64,000 nt of DNA. Source: Deltaproteobacteria bacterium (GTDB lineage: Bacteria > Myxococcota_A > UBA9042 > PHBI01). The position numbers were made by a program, and so were the translations under genes. Where the stretch lies: NCBI GenBank assembly GCA_020632715.1, contig JACKFA010000010.1, forward strand, positions 15,328 through 79,327, written 5' to 3'. The notes beneath the pieces are model-generated. The model had not been told where the DNA came from, searched no databases, and worked only from the letters and a program-made list of their open reading frames with translations. The number at the start of each line of letters is the position of its first letter. Within the stretch, counting starts at the first letter, position 1. Positions 12,469-21,780 of this stretch are shown one piece after another.

Positions 12469-13674
12469 ATGGGGCGTCGTTCGGCGTGTCGGACCGCGTG
12501 TGTGGTGGTGTTGCTGGGGCTCGGCGGCGCGTGCGCCGACGGGGGCGGCGGGGCGGCGGACGACGCCGCGGACGCGGCGGTCACCGACACGGCGGTCGCT
12601 GGGAGCGACGCCGGCGAGGTGAGCGACGGGACGTCCCCCGAGGACGTCGCAGACACCGCGGCGAGCGACGTCGACGTCGCCGACGCGGCGGACGGGGTCG
12701 ACACGGCCGACACGGCCGACACCGCGGACATCGCGGAGGACGCCGCCGACGTCGCGGAGGTCGACGACGCGGAGGACGCCGCCGCCGACGTCGCGGAGGT
12801 GGACGCCGCGGAGGACGCCGCCGACGTCGCGGAGGTGGACGACGCGGAGGACGCCGCCGCCGACGTCGCGGAGGTGGACGACGCGGAGGACGCCGCGGAC
12901 ACCGAGGTCGGCGAGGAGCAGCTCGTCGTGACGACCGGCCCACAGGGGCGCGTCCGGCTGTACGAGGACGCCGCGCTCGCCGAGTTCATCTCCGAGGTCA
13001 CGGTGGTCCGGGCGCCCTCGAAGTCGGAGTGCGTGCTCTTCGTGCACGCGCAGGGGCCGTCCTTCGCGGTCGCCGGCACGGTGACCGTCGGCGGCGCCGT
13101 CGTGGCGGGCCCGGGCGGCCTGTCGTCCGCGGTCTCGATCCCGCGTGAGAACGGGTCGAACCAGTACTTCTACTTCGGCGCGGTCTTCCCCAAGAACGAC
13201 ACCTACACCGTCGATCTCACGATCTCGGGGAACGGGACGTTCGCGGCGCTCCCGACGCGCACCTACCGACCGCCGGCCGCCGCGACGGTCGCGATCACCT
13301 CGCCGACGCCGCCCACGGGGGGCGACCCCGCCACGCTCGCGGCGTCCGAGGACCTCGCGATCACCTGGCAGATCCCCTCGGGCGACCTCACGGACCACCA
13401 CATCCTGTTCGCCCTGTCGTTCGTGCAAGGCGACCTCGGGACGGAGGGGGAGCTCTACTGCAACTTCCCGCTCGCGGCCGGCGCCGCGACCGTGCCTGAG
13501 GTGCTGCTCTCGGAGCTCGCGCGGCGCACGGGCGCCCCGGCGGGCGGGCTCCTCGACATCGCCGCGGGGGACGGCGACATCCTGTTCGTCGGCAACACGC
13601 TCTACGTCGTCCTGGTCACGCGGCCTCCCGACAGCGCGAGCTACCCCGCGAGCACCTGGGCGACGCTGCAATAG
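12469..13674 (+). CDS. Hypothetical lipoprotein with an acidic tandem-repeat linker
   Basis: Lipobox VVVLLGLGGAC. (EDAA(A)DVAEVD(D/A)A)x4 repeat. Non-repetitive, beta-rich C-terminal half. Confidence 0.7.
   Translation: MGRRSACRTACVVVLLGLGGACADGGGGAADDAADAAVTDTAVAGSDAGEVSDGTSPEDVADTAASDVDVADAADGVDTADTADTADIAEDAADVAEVDDAEDAAADVAEVDAAEDAADVAEVDDAEDAAADVAEVDDAEDAADTEVGEEQLVVTTGPQGRVRLYEDAALAEFISEVTVVRAPSKSECVLFVHAQGPSFAVAGTVTVGGAVVAGPGGLSSAVSIPRENGSNQYFYFGAVFPKNDTYTVDLTISGNGTFAALPTRTYRPPAAATVAITSPTPPTGGDPATLAASEDLAITWQIPSGDLTDHHILFALSFVQGDLGTEGELYCNFPLAAGAATVPEVLLSELARRTGAPAGGLLDIAAGDGDILFVGNTLYVVLVTRPPDSASYPASTWATLQ
12736..12900 (+). repeat. 36/39-bp coding tandem repeat, four full units and one partial unit
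   Basis: The unit gaggacgccgcc(gcc)gacgtcgcggaggtSgacgMcgcg repeats head to tail. Units 1+2 are nearly identical to units 3+4. Confidence 0.9.
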
Positions 13675-13689
13675 AGATAGCGCCGGAGA

Positions 13690-16600
13690 TCACGCCGCCG
13701 CCGCGCGCTGACGGCGCCGCCGCCACAGGAGGAGCGCGAGACCGAGCGCGAGCCACGCGAGCTCGCCGCCCGCGCCGCCGCCCGCCGCGCAGCCCCCGCC
13801 GCCCTCGAGGTTCGGCTCGTCGTCGACCTCGCAGGCGGCGCTGCAGCCCTCGCCCCCGTCGCACGCCTCGCCCGGGTCGACCACCCCGTCGCCGCAGCTC
13901 GCGACCTCGCAGCTCGTCCGGCACGCGCCCGCCTCGGTGTCGCTGTTCCCAGCGCCATCGTCGCACGCCTCCCCCGCGTCGACCACGCCGTCGCCGCAGC
14001 CCGCGGTCTCACAGCTCGTGCGGCACGCGCCCGCCTCGGTGTCGCTGTTGCCCGCGCCGTCGTCGCACGCCTCGCCGGCGTCGACGACGCCGTCGCCGCA
14101 CGTCGCGAGCTCGCACGTCGTCCGGCACGCCCCCGACGCGCTGTCGCTGTTCCCGGCGCCGTCGTCGCACGCCTCCCCCGCGTCGACGACCCCGTCGCCG
14201 CAGCCCGCGGCCTCGCACGTCGTCCGGCACGCGTCGGCCGCGCTGTCGCTGTTGTCACCGCCGTCGTCGCACGCCTCCCCCGCGTCCACGACGCCGTCGC
14301 CGCAGCCCGCGGCCACGCAGCTCGTCCGGCACGCGTCGGCCGCGCTGTCGCTGTTGTCTGCCCCGTCGTCGCAGGCCTCGCCGCCATCGACGACGCCGTC
14401 GCCGCACGTCGCCACCTCGCAGCTCGTCCGGCACGCGTCCGCCGCGCTGTCGCTGTTGTCCGCGCCGTCGTCGCAGGCCTCGCCCGAATCCAGCACGCCA
14501 TCGCCGCAGCCCGCGGCCGCGCAGCTCGTCCGGCACGCGTCGGCCGCGGTGTCGCTGTTGTCCGCGCCGTCGTCGCACGCCTCGCCCGAATCCAGCACGC
14601 CATCGCCGCAGCCCGCGGCCTCGCAGCTCGTCCGGCACGCGTCGGCCGCGCTGTCGCTGTTGTCCGCGCCGTCGTCGCACGCCTCGCCGGTGTCCGTGAC
14701 CCCGTCGCCGCAGCGCGGCGCCACGCACCCGACACGGCACGCGTCCGCCGCGGTGTCGCTGTTCCCGGCCCCGTCGTCGCAGGCCTCCCCCGTGTCGACG
14801 GCGCCGTCCCCGCAGCGCGCCGCCGTGCAGTCCGTGCGGCACGCGTCCGCGTCCGTGTCGCTGTTCGCGAAGCCGTCGTCGCATGCCTCGCCCGCGTCGA
14901 TCACGTCGTCGCCGCAGCCCGCGGCCTCGCACGTCGTCCGGCACGCGTCCGCCGCGGTGTCGCTGTTCCCCGCGCCGTCGTCGCACGCCTCGCCCGTGTC
15001 GACGACGCCGTCGCCGCAGCCCGCGGCCGCGCAGTCCGTGCGGCACGCGTCCGGCTCGCTGTCGCTGTTCCCCGCCACGAGCCACACGCCGTCGAGCGTC
15101 CGCCCCAGGTTCCGCGCGCCGTACGCGAGCGTCGCCCCGGCCGCCACCTTCGTGAAGGTGATCCCCGCCGACAGCTTCCCGTAGGAGAGGCCGGTCACCG
15201 CGTCGTAGCGCGCGATGCCGTTGCCGAACGCCGCCACGTAGAGGAGCCCGTCCGGCCCGACCGCCATGTCGTCCGTCCCCGCGGACGCCACGATGGCCCC
15301 GATCGGCGACCCCGTCGTCCCGCTGTAGCAGCGCACCGTGCCGGTCGTCGCGTCGAGCACGAGCAACACCCCGTCGGGCGCCATCGCCACCGCCGCGGCC
15401 CGCGTCAGGCTCCCGCTCCCGAGCGCCACGAACGTGCTCTCGGCCCCCGTCGTCCCGTCGTAGCGCAGCACCGTCCCCGCGTCGCCGTCGACCCCGAACA
15501 CGTCGCCCGTGAAGCCCACCGTCAGGCTCACGAGCCGCGCCCCGCCGGCCGGCGCGAGCGTCCGCACCACGGTCCCGTCGAACGGCACGAGCTCCACGAG
15601 CCCGACGGTCGCGCCCCAGCCGTACACCACCCCGTTCGAGGCCGTCGTGACCGCCGTCACGGGCGTCGCCCACGCGACCGGCGCCGGCTGCCCGTCCGGG
15701 CCGTCGAGGAGCCGCACGCCGCTCTCCGTGGCGACCACGACGAGCGTGCCCGCCGCGGTCACGTCGGTCACGACGTCGCCGATCGCCCGCGAGAACGCCG
15801 TCACCCCGGCCGCCCCGTCGTCGCACGCCTCGCCCGCCGCCGCGTTCGCGTACCCGTCGCCGCACACGACGTCGCTGCAGTCGCCGTCGCAGGCCGCCGT
15901 CTCGCCGCCGCCGTCGCACCCCTCGCCCGCGGTCGCGTTCCAGACCCCGTCGCCGCACGCGGCGTCGCTGCAGTCCGCGTTGCAGACGAGGCTCTCGCCG
16001 CCGTCGTCGCAGGTCTCGCCGGGATCGGTGACGCCGTCGCCGCAGGTCGCGGCCACGCAGTCCGTCCGGCACGCGCCGGGGCGCGTGTCGCTGTTCCCCT
16101 CGAGGCGGTAGGCGTCGACGATCCCGCCGTACGCCTGCAGCGCGAGCAGCGTCGCGTCGTCCCGCAGCGCGAGCGCGTGGTACCAGCCCGCGAGGTCCGC
16201 CGGCCGCGCCAGCGTCGCGTCCACCGTCGCCGTCGCGAGGTCCATCCGCACGACCGGCCCGTCGAACGACGCGAGCCACACGCGCCCGTCGCCGTCCGGC
16301 GCGATCGCGGCGACGGGCCCCATCAGCGGATCGTACGACGCGAGGACCGCGCCCGTCCCAGCGTCGAGCCGCACGAGCCCGCCGCTGATGAACGTCACCA
16401 GCGGCTCGCCGCCCGACGAGAACCCGAGCCCGATGGCGTAGCCGTCGAGCGGCGTCGCCTCGACGACCTCGCCGGTGCCGTCGAAGCGCAGGAGCTCGCG
16501 CTCGGCGGCGGCGTAGAGATCCCCGTCCGGCCCGAACGCGAGCGCGCTCCACAGCCTGTTCTCCCCGCTGAACATGCCGAGGAACGCGCCCGTGACGGTG

Positions 16601-19215
16601 TCGAAGCGGTAGAGCCCGCCGTCGGTCGCCGCGACGATCACCGACCCGCCGTCGGGCGAGACCGCGAGGACGCTCGCGCGCGCGAGGTCCCGGTAGCAGA
16701 GGGCGGTGTCCTTGCAGTCGGCGTCCGCGCAGTCGATCAGGCCGTCGCCGTCGTCGTCGTCGAAGTTGTCGCAGACCTCGCCGCCGGTCGCGCACGCGGC
16801 CGTCCCGGCGCAGTCGCTGTCCGCGCAGCCGGCGTCGCCGTCGCGGTCCTCGTCGTCGGTCGTCGCGCAGTCCTCGAAGGCCGGGACGGAGTCCGGCGCG
16901 ACGAGCGTCCCGAGCGGCTCGCCCGTCTGCGCGTCGGCGAGGGTGACGCCGGCCTGGTCGTTGGCGACGAGGAGGTCGCCGCCCGCGAGCGCCAGGTCGT
17001 TCGAGTCGGCGACCGCGAGGCGGGGCGTCAGGGTCATGAGGAGCGCGTACGCGACGCCGTCGTCGCAGGTCTCGCCGGCGGTCGCGTTGACCGTGCCGTC
17101 GCCGCACGCCGCCTCGGTGCACGTCGCGTCGCAGGTGGCGCTCTCGCCGCCGTCGTCGCAGGTCTCGCGGGCGGCCGCGTTGATCGTCCCGTCGCCGCAC
17201 TCGGCCGGCGTGCAGTCGCTGTCGCAGGCGGCGGTCTCGTGCGCGATCGCGGTCGAGAGCACGCGCACGTGCATGTCGGTGTCGGCGTACTCGCGGAAGT
17301 TCTCGGGATCGGAGTTCGTGGTCGTCCACCACGACCCGCCCGGGTACGGGTCGTCGCTCGACGCGCGCGGGCCGCAACCGTCGACGTCGCGGAGGTCGAG
17401 GACGACGGCGTACGACCCGGCGTCGAGCGCCGCGGCGAAGGGCGCGCGGAGCCACGTCCCCTTGAGTTGGCTCTGGCCGGGGGTGATGGCGCCCGTCGCG
17501 AGGACGGCGGCGCGATCCGGCGCCCCGTCGACCGTGAGGGCGGTGATCGCGATGGCGACGCCCTCGCAGGCGCCGCCCCCCGTCTCGAGGTCGATCGCGG
17601 CGACGTCGACGGGCGCCGCCAGCGTGAAGACCTGCGCCCGGACCAGGGTGCTGCCGAGGGTCGACTGGCCATTGCCGCCGACGCTCGTGTCGACGGCGAT
17701 CCCGGGCCCCGGGTCGCAGAGCTCGCCGAGCTCGGCGTCGACGACGCCGTCGCCGCAGATGCCGACGGGCCTACAGGTCGGGGCGCAGTCGTCGGAGACG
17801 ACGCCGGTCGCGTTCGGAAGGAGCTGGACGTGCAGATCGACCCCGGGCTCGGCGACGAGCGTCTGCGGATCGCCCTGGCCGAGCCAGGACACGCCGCCGG
17901 CGTAGGGGTCGTCGGTCGACAGCTGGAGCACGCAGAAGCCGTTGCCGGCCACCGGCTTCAGGACGACGGCGTACTGCCCGGCCGGGAGCAGGAGCTCGAA
18001 CGGGACGCGCACGGTCGTCGTGCTCCCGAAGGGCGGCGCGTCGGCGCCGATGGTGGCGCTCGCGAGGACGCTCGCGACGTCGGGCGCGCCCCCGACGGTG
18101 CCGACGAGCTCCACGACCATCCCCGTGCACCCGCCGGCCTCGGCGCGGACGGGGAGCTGCACGCCGCCGACGAAGGTCTCGGCGCCGAGGGTGAAGGTCT
18201 CCGCGCGCCACGCGCTCCCCGACGACGAGGACTGGCCGTTGTCGCCGCCCGCGCCCGTGTCGAGGAGCACGGTCTGGCCGGGGTCGCAGGACTCGCCCGC
18301 GGTGGCGTTCACGACGCCGTCGCCGCAGGTCGCGGCGCGGCAGTCGGCGTTGCAGGTCGCCGACTCGCCGCCGTCGTCGCAGGCCTCGCCCGCGAAGGCG
18401 TTCACGAGGCCGTCGCCGCAGACGGCCTCGGTGCAGTCGGTGTCACAGGTCGAGGCGTTGTCCTCGGTCTGCTCGCAGACCTCACCGACGCCGACCACGC
18501 CGTCGCCGCAGCGCGAGGTGGTGACGGTGAAGGCGCCGAGGCCGAGCTCGTCGCGGGAGCCGCTGCCGGCGGCGTCGTCGGTGTCGAAGCGGAGGAGGAA
18601 GGTCGCGCCGGGCGGCACGGCGAGGCCGCCGGCGGCCCCGACGAGCGGCGTGTCGACCCAGATGGCCGGGGCCATCGCGGTGACCGTCGTCGTGAGGACG
18701 TCGCCGAAGGGGACCCAGGTGGCGCCGTCGTCGTCGGACCAGGACATCGCCCAGGTCGAGCTCCGGCCCTGGTCGTTGAACACCCAGAGCGTGCCGGTGA
18801 CGGCGAGGCCGGTGACGGCGGCGCCGGTGTCGTTCCGGAGCTTCAGGACGAGGGCGCCCGGGGTGACGTCGCTGCCGCCGGGCTGGAAGCCGAGGGCGAT
18901 CTCGGTGCCGGTGTCGAAGGCGTAGACGCCGCCCGTGCTGACGCCGCCGGAGGACGCGCCCCGGGCGAGGTCGCCGGAGGTCGCGGTGCCGCCGAAGGCG
19001 AGGTCGCCGTCGGACATGCCGAGGACGCTCCAGGCGTCGGAGTCGAGCGCGCCGGCGGCGGGGTCCGGGGCGAAGCCGGCGCCGGTGAAGGCGGCGAAGT
19101 CGATCGTCGCGCTGCCGCTGCCGTCGACGGCCACCTGGGCGCGCGCGGGCGCGGCGGCGGCGGCGATCGCGCCAGCGAGGACGAGGGCGGCGAGGCGAGT
19201 CGCGACGCGCTGCAT
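13690..19215 (-). CDS. Giant secreted adhesin-like protein: N-terminal domain, beta-propeller-like regions, many Myxococcus-type Cys-rich repeats, MYXO-CTERM-like tail
   Basis: Signal peptide MQRVATRLAALVLAGAIAAAAAPARAQ. More than 20 copies of CGDGVxDxGEACDDG..NSD....ACRT.C. C-terminus GGGGCAAGGGAGGELAWLALGLALLLWRRRRQRAAAA (Gly/Cys motif, TM helix, Arg cluster). Confidence 0.85.
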   Translation of the reverse strand: MQRVATRLAALVLAGAIAAAAAPARAQVAVDGSGSATIDFAAFTGAGFAPDPAAGALDSDAWSVLGMSDGDLAFGGTATSGDLARGASSGGVSTGGVYAFDTGTEIALGFQPGGSDVTPGALVLKLRNDTGAAVTGLAVTGTLWVFNDQGRSSTWAMSWSDDDGATWVPFGDVLTTTVTAMAPAIWVDTPLVGAAGGLAVPPGATFLLRFDTDDAAGSGSRDELGLGAFTVTTSRCGDGVVGVGEVCEQTEDNASTCDTDCTEAVCGDGLVNAFAGEACDDGGESATCNADCRAATCGDGVVNATAGESCDPGQTVLLDTGAGGDNGQSSSSGSAWRAETFTLGAETFVGGVQLPVRAEAGGCTGMVVELVGTVGGAPDVASVLASATIGADAPPFGSTTTVRVPFELLLPAGQYAVVLKPVAGNGFCVLQLSTDDPYAGGVSWLGQGDPQTLVAEPGVDLHVQLLPNATGVVSDDCAPTCRPVGICGDGVVDAELGELCDPGPGIAVDTSVGGNGQSTLGSTLVRAQVFTLAAPVDVAAIDLETGGGACEGVAIAITALTVDGAPDRAAVLATGAITPGQSQLKGTWLRAPFAAALDAGSYAVVLDLRDVDGCGPRASSDDPYPGGSWWTTTNSDPENFREYADTDMHVRVLSTAIAHETAACDSDCTPAECGDGTINAAARETCDDGGESATCDATCTEAACGDGTVNATAGETCDDGVAYALLMTLTPRLAVADSNDLALAGGDLLVANDQAGVTLADAQTGEPLGTLVAPDSVPAFEDCATTDDEDRDGDAGCADSDCAGTAACATGGEVCDNFDDDDGDGLIDCADADCKDTALCYRDLARASVLAVSPDGGSVIVAATDGGLYRFDTVTGAFLGMFSGENRLWSALAFGPDGDLYAAAERELLRFDGTGEVVEATPLDGYAIGLGFSSGGEPLVTFISGGLVRLDAGTGAVLASYDPLMGPVAAIAPDGDGRVWLASFDGPVVRMDLATATVDATLARPADLAGWYHALALRDDATLLALQAYGGIVDAYRLEGNSDTRPGACRTDCVAATCGDGVTDPGETCDDGGESLVCNADCSDAACGDGVWNATAGEGCDGGGETAACDGDCSDVVCGDGYANAAAGEACDDGAAGVTAFSRAIGDVVTDVTAAGTLVVVATESGVRLLDGPDGQPAPVAWATPVTAVTTASNGVVYGWGATVGLVELVPFDGTVVRTLAPAGGARLVSLTVGFTGDVFGVDGDAGTVLRYDGTTGAESTFVALGSGSLTRAAAVAMAPDGVLLVLDATTGTVRCYSGTTGSPIGAIVASAGTDDMAVGPDGLLYVAAFGNGIARYDAVTGLSYGKLSAGITFTKVAAGATLAYGARNLGRTLDGVWLVAGNSDSEPDACRTDCAAAGCGDGVVDTGEACDDGAGNSDTAADACRTTCEAAGCGDDVIDAGEACDDGFANSDTDADACRTDCTAARCGDGAVDTGEACDDGAGNSDTAADACRVGCVAPRCGDGVTDTGEACDDGADNSDSAADACRTSCEAAGCGDGVLDSGEACDDGADNSDTAADACRTSCAAAGCGDGVLDSGEACDDGADNSDSAADACRTSCEVATCGDGVVDGGEACDDGADNSDSAADACRTSCVAAGCGDGVVDAGEACDDGGDNSDSAADACRTTCEAAGCGDGVVDAGEACDDGAGNSDSASGACRTTCELATCGDGVVDAGEACDDGAGNSDTEAGACRTSCETAGCGDGVVDAGEACDDGAGNSDTEAGACRTSCEVASCGDGVVDPGEACDGGEGCSAACEVDDEPNLEGGGGCAAGGGAGGELAWLALGLALLLWRRRRQRAAAA
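13850..15070 (-). repeat. About 120-bp (40-aa) coding tandem array, 11 full units and one partial unit
   Basis: Consecutive CGDGV(V/L)D.GEACDDGA.NSD.AADACRT.C.AAG units at the 3' end of the 13690..19215 gene. Neighbouring units are near-identical at the DNA level. Confidence 0.85.
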
Positions 19216-19368
19216 GGGAGCTCCGTGGGGCTGGGGCCGGGTCGAGCCTGTTCCCTACGGCATACTCGCCATGGCGCCTTGCTACAACCGCGGGGGGCGC
19301 GTCGCCCCCGAGAGGCACGGCGTCCCCGGCCGCGGACGCGCCGCGACCGGGGACCCGGCGTCAGGTCC

Positions 19369-21516
19369 TCACGGGTTCCAGGGGCGGAGGAGCAGGAAGC
19401 CGAAGCGGTTCCCGCCGACCTCGGCGCCGGCCTCGAAGAGCGCCGGCACGGTCGCCGGGCTCCGGACGAGGAGGCGCAGCGCGTTCCCGACGATGGCGCT
19501 GTGCGGCGCCGGGAAGGCGTCCGCGAAGGCGTCCGCGAGCTGCGCCGAGGGGGAGCCGCCGAGGCTCACCGGATCGTCGTCGATCTCGAGCGGCGGGAAG
19601 TCGAGCGTGTCGACGCCCACGTCGAAGAGCCCGGTGACGTCGTTGTCGCGCACGACCGCCGGCGTCCCGGCCGCGTTGATGCCGGCCGAGAAGTTCCCGA
19701 CCAGGTGGTTCCGCGACACCTCGAGCGGCACGACCGCGTCGCTCCAGACGAGGCTCCAGGCCGAGATCCCGACGGGCTTCTCGCCGCTCGGATCGCCGAG
19801 CTCGGCCGCGCCGATGGTGTTGCCGCGGATGATGAACGGGTGGTCGACCTCACCGCCGATGGCCGCGCCCTGCGCCGCCTCGACGAGGCGGAAGCCGCCC
19901 GCGCGCCCCGCCGAGATCCCGGCCACGCCGTCGGGCGGGAGCGCGATGGTGTTGCCCTCGACGACCACCGACGCCGAGAGGGCGCAGTCCGCGCGCACGC
20001 CGTAGCGCGCGCCGAGGAGTGTGTTGTCCGCGATCGTCGTGAGGTCGTCGCCCGCGGCGATCGAGACGCCCGGCGCGTAGAGCGACTCCCCGAACGCGTA
20101 GATCCCGAAGCTGCCTGCGTCGGACTCGCCGTGCATCACGACGACGTTGTCGTGCGCGCTCGGAGCCCCGCTCTGGATCGCGAGCACGATGCCCGCGTGC
20201 GCCGTGAACGTGCCGTCGCTCACGACGCCCTCCGCGATGTCGACGACGTTGTGGTGCACGTCCACGTGGGCGCCGCCGCCCGAGACGACGAAGCCCGCGA
20301 AGCGCGCGTGGACCACGTTGCGCGCGATCTCGTTCGGGAGCGCGGCGGTCCCGGCGCCGAGCCGACCCTGGTCCACCGCGACCGCGACGAAGCCCTCGCC
20401 GGCCGTGGCGGCGTTGTCGGTCACCGTGAGCCCGCCGTAGGAGACGCCCACGAAGCCGACCGCGCCGGACCCGTCCGCCGCGTCGACCGTCACGCGGTTG
20501 CCGCGGATGAGCACGGGTCCGCCGCCGCCGTCGGCCGTCTGCGGCTCGGAGCCGACCGCCACGAAGCCCGCCGGGGAGAGGCCGAGCTCCGCCTGCGTCA
20601 CGGAGACGACGTTCCCCGTGATCTCGACGCCGTCGACGGTGTCGACGACGAAGCCCGGGCCGGCCGAGGCGGCGACGCGGTTGTCCGCCACGACCGCCCC
20701 CGCGCCGCCCGCCATGATGAAGCCCTGGCCGGCCGCGGTGATGTCGCAGCCGCGCACCTCGAGGCCGCGCACGGCCTCGAAGTAGCCGCCCTGGTCGTCA
20801 TCGGCGAGCACCAGGTCCACGAACGCGAGGTCCTTGACCCCGCTCGCGGAGAAGAGCGGGGCGCCGTCCGCCGGGCCCTGGAAGACGGGGCGCTTGCGCG
20901 CGTTCTTCGCGACGAGGCGGACGTGCGAGCGGTCGAGCACCACGGTCCCGCCGAGCTCGTAGGTGCCGGGCCTCACGATGACCGTGAGCGGGCGCGACGG
21001 CTCCGCGGAGACGATGGCCTGGAGGTCGGCCGCGTCGGCCGGACCGATGACGACCTCGCGCGGCGGCCCGAGGACGTCCGTGCGCGTCATCGAGAAGGCC
21101 AGGGTCCCCGGCGGGTCGATGGCGACCACGAGGAAGGCGTAGGTCACGCCGCCCGTGAGCGAGACGTCGAGGGCGTCGACGTTGCCGTCGACGAGCGAGG
21201 CGTCCTCGGGGGGCGCGACGAACGCGGCGACGCCGGTGAGGCCGTCGCTGCCCGAGACGTCCACGCGCACGTCCATGTCCTCGGACGGCGTGAAGACGTA
21301 CCAGACCGTCGGGAAGGCGCCGTAGACGGTGGCGTCGGCGGGGTCGCCGGTCGCCTCGCTGATGTCGCGGACGTCGTCGTAGGGGAGGGCGCCGATGACC
21401 TCGGCGCCGGCGTAGTCGTCGTTGGACGGGGCGGCGGCGCGCGCGGAGGGCGCTGCGACCGTCGCGCCCGCGACGCAGAGGGCGAGCGCCCCGAGCGCCC
21501 GGATAGGCACGTTCAT
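19369..21516 (-). CDS. Secreted right-handed beta-helix (pectate-lyase-fold-like) protein with an N-terminal PPC-like domain
   Basis: Signal peptide MNVPIRALGALALCVAGATVAAPSARA. N-terminal NDDYAGAEVIG...VWYVF module. Repeated GN.V/.DN.. beta-helix-type turns (ITGNVVS, IRGNRVT, VTDNAAT, IRGNTIG). Confidence 0.7.
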   Translation of the reverse strand: MNVPIRALGALALCVAGATVAAPSARAAAPSNDDYAGAEVIGALPYDDVRDISEATGDPADATVYGAFPTVWYVFTPSEDMDVRVDVSGSDGLTGVAAFVAPPEDASLVDGNVDALDVSLTGGVTYAFLVVAIDPPGTLAFSMTRTDVLGPPREVVIGPADAADLQAIVSAEPSRPLTVIVRPGTYELGGTVVLDRSHVRLVAKNARKRPVFQGPADGAPLFSASGVKDLAFVDLVLADDDQGGYFEAVRGLEVRGCDITAAGQGFIMAGGAGAVVADNRVAASAGPGFVVDTVDGVEITGNVVSVTQAELGLSPAGFVAVGSEPQTADGGGGPVLIRGNRVTVDAADGSGAVGFVGVSYGGLTVTDNAATAGEGFVAVAVDQGRLGAGTAALPNEIARNVVHARFAGFVVSGGGAHVDVHHNVVDIAEGVVSDGTFTAHAGIVLAIQSGAPSAHDNVVVMHGESDAGSFGIYAFGESLYAPGVSIAAGDDLTTIADNTLLGARYGVRADCALSASVVVEGNTIALPPDGVAGISAGRAGGFRLVEAAQGAAIGGEVDHPFIIRGNTIGAAELGDPSGEKPVGISAWSLVWSDAVVPLEVSRNHLVGNFSAGINAAGTPAVVRDNDVTGLFDVGVDTLDFPPLEIDDDPVSLGGSPSAQLADAFADAFPAPHSAIVGNALRLLVRSPATVPALFEAGAEVGGNRFGFLLLRPWNP

Positions 21517-21780
21517 GCGGAGACTCCTGGTTTGTCGTGGAAGGCTGACGACCTGGGGACACGCGCCGTCGCCGCCGTCCCACGAGGCGCTGACAACTTT
21601 TTACGTTTCGGTCATCTCGGCCTCCGACGCCGATCACAGCGCGCTCGGCGCGGTCGGGCGCCGCCGCGCTCCGACGCGCCCGGAGATCTGCCCGGGAGAT
21701 AACCGCGGGCAGCGCGTGCTAGGTTCGACTCGCTCCCATGTGCGCGGGGCCCCTCCTCCTCCCGCGCCTTCGAGCTCCCG

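Noticed and set aside
12736-15070. Regularly spaced tandem repeats considered as possible CRISPR arrays
   Set aside because: The repeats are contiguous with no unique spacers. They are in frame and encode acidic-linker or Cys-rich protein repeats inside well-supported genes. No cas genes are present.
16177-21702. 1841-aa plus-strand ORF. Similar very long ORFs are 5457..8543(-), 28216..30693(-), 44780..47257(-), 58701..61484(-), 59693..62842(+), 41309..43099(-) and 3595..5694(-).
   Set aside because: Their translations are Arg/Gly/Ala/Pro/Glu-dominated low-complexity sequence with no motifs. They lie antisense or out of frame to genes with clear homology, signal peptides and GC3 bias. Stop codons are rare in such GC-rich DNA, so these ORFs are expected artefacts.
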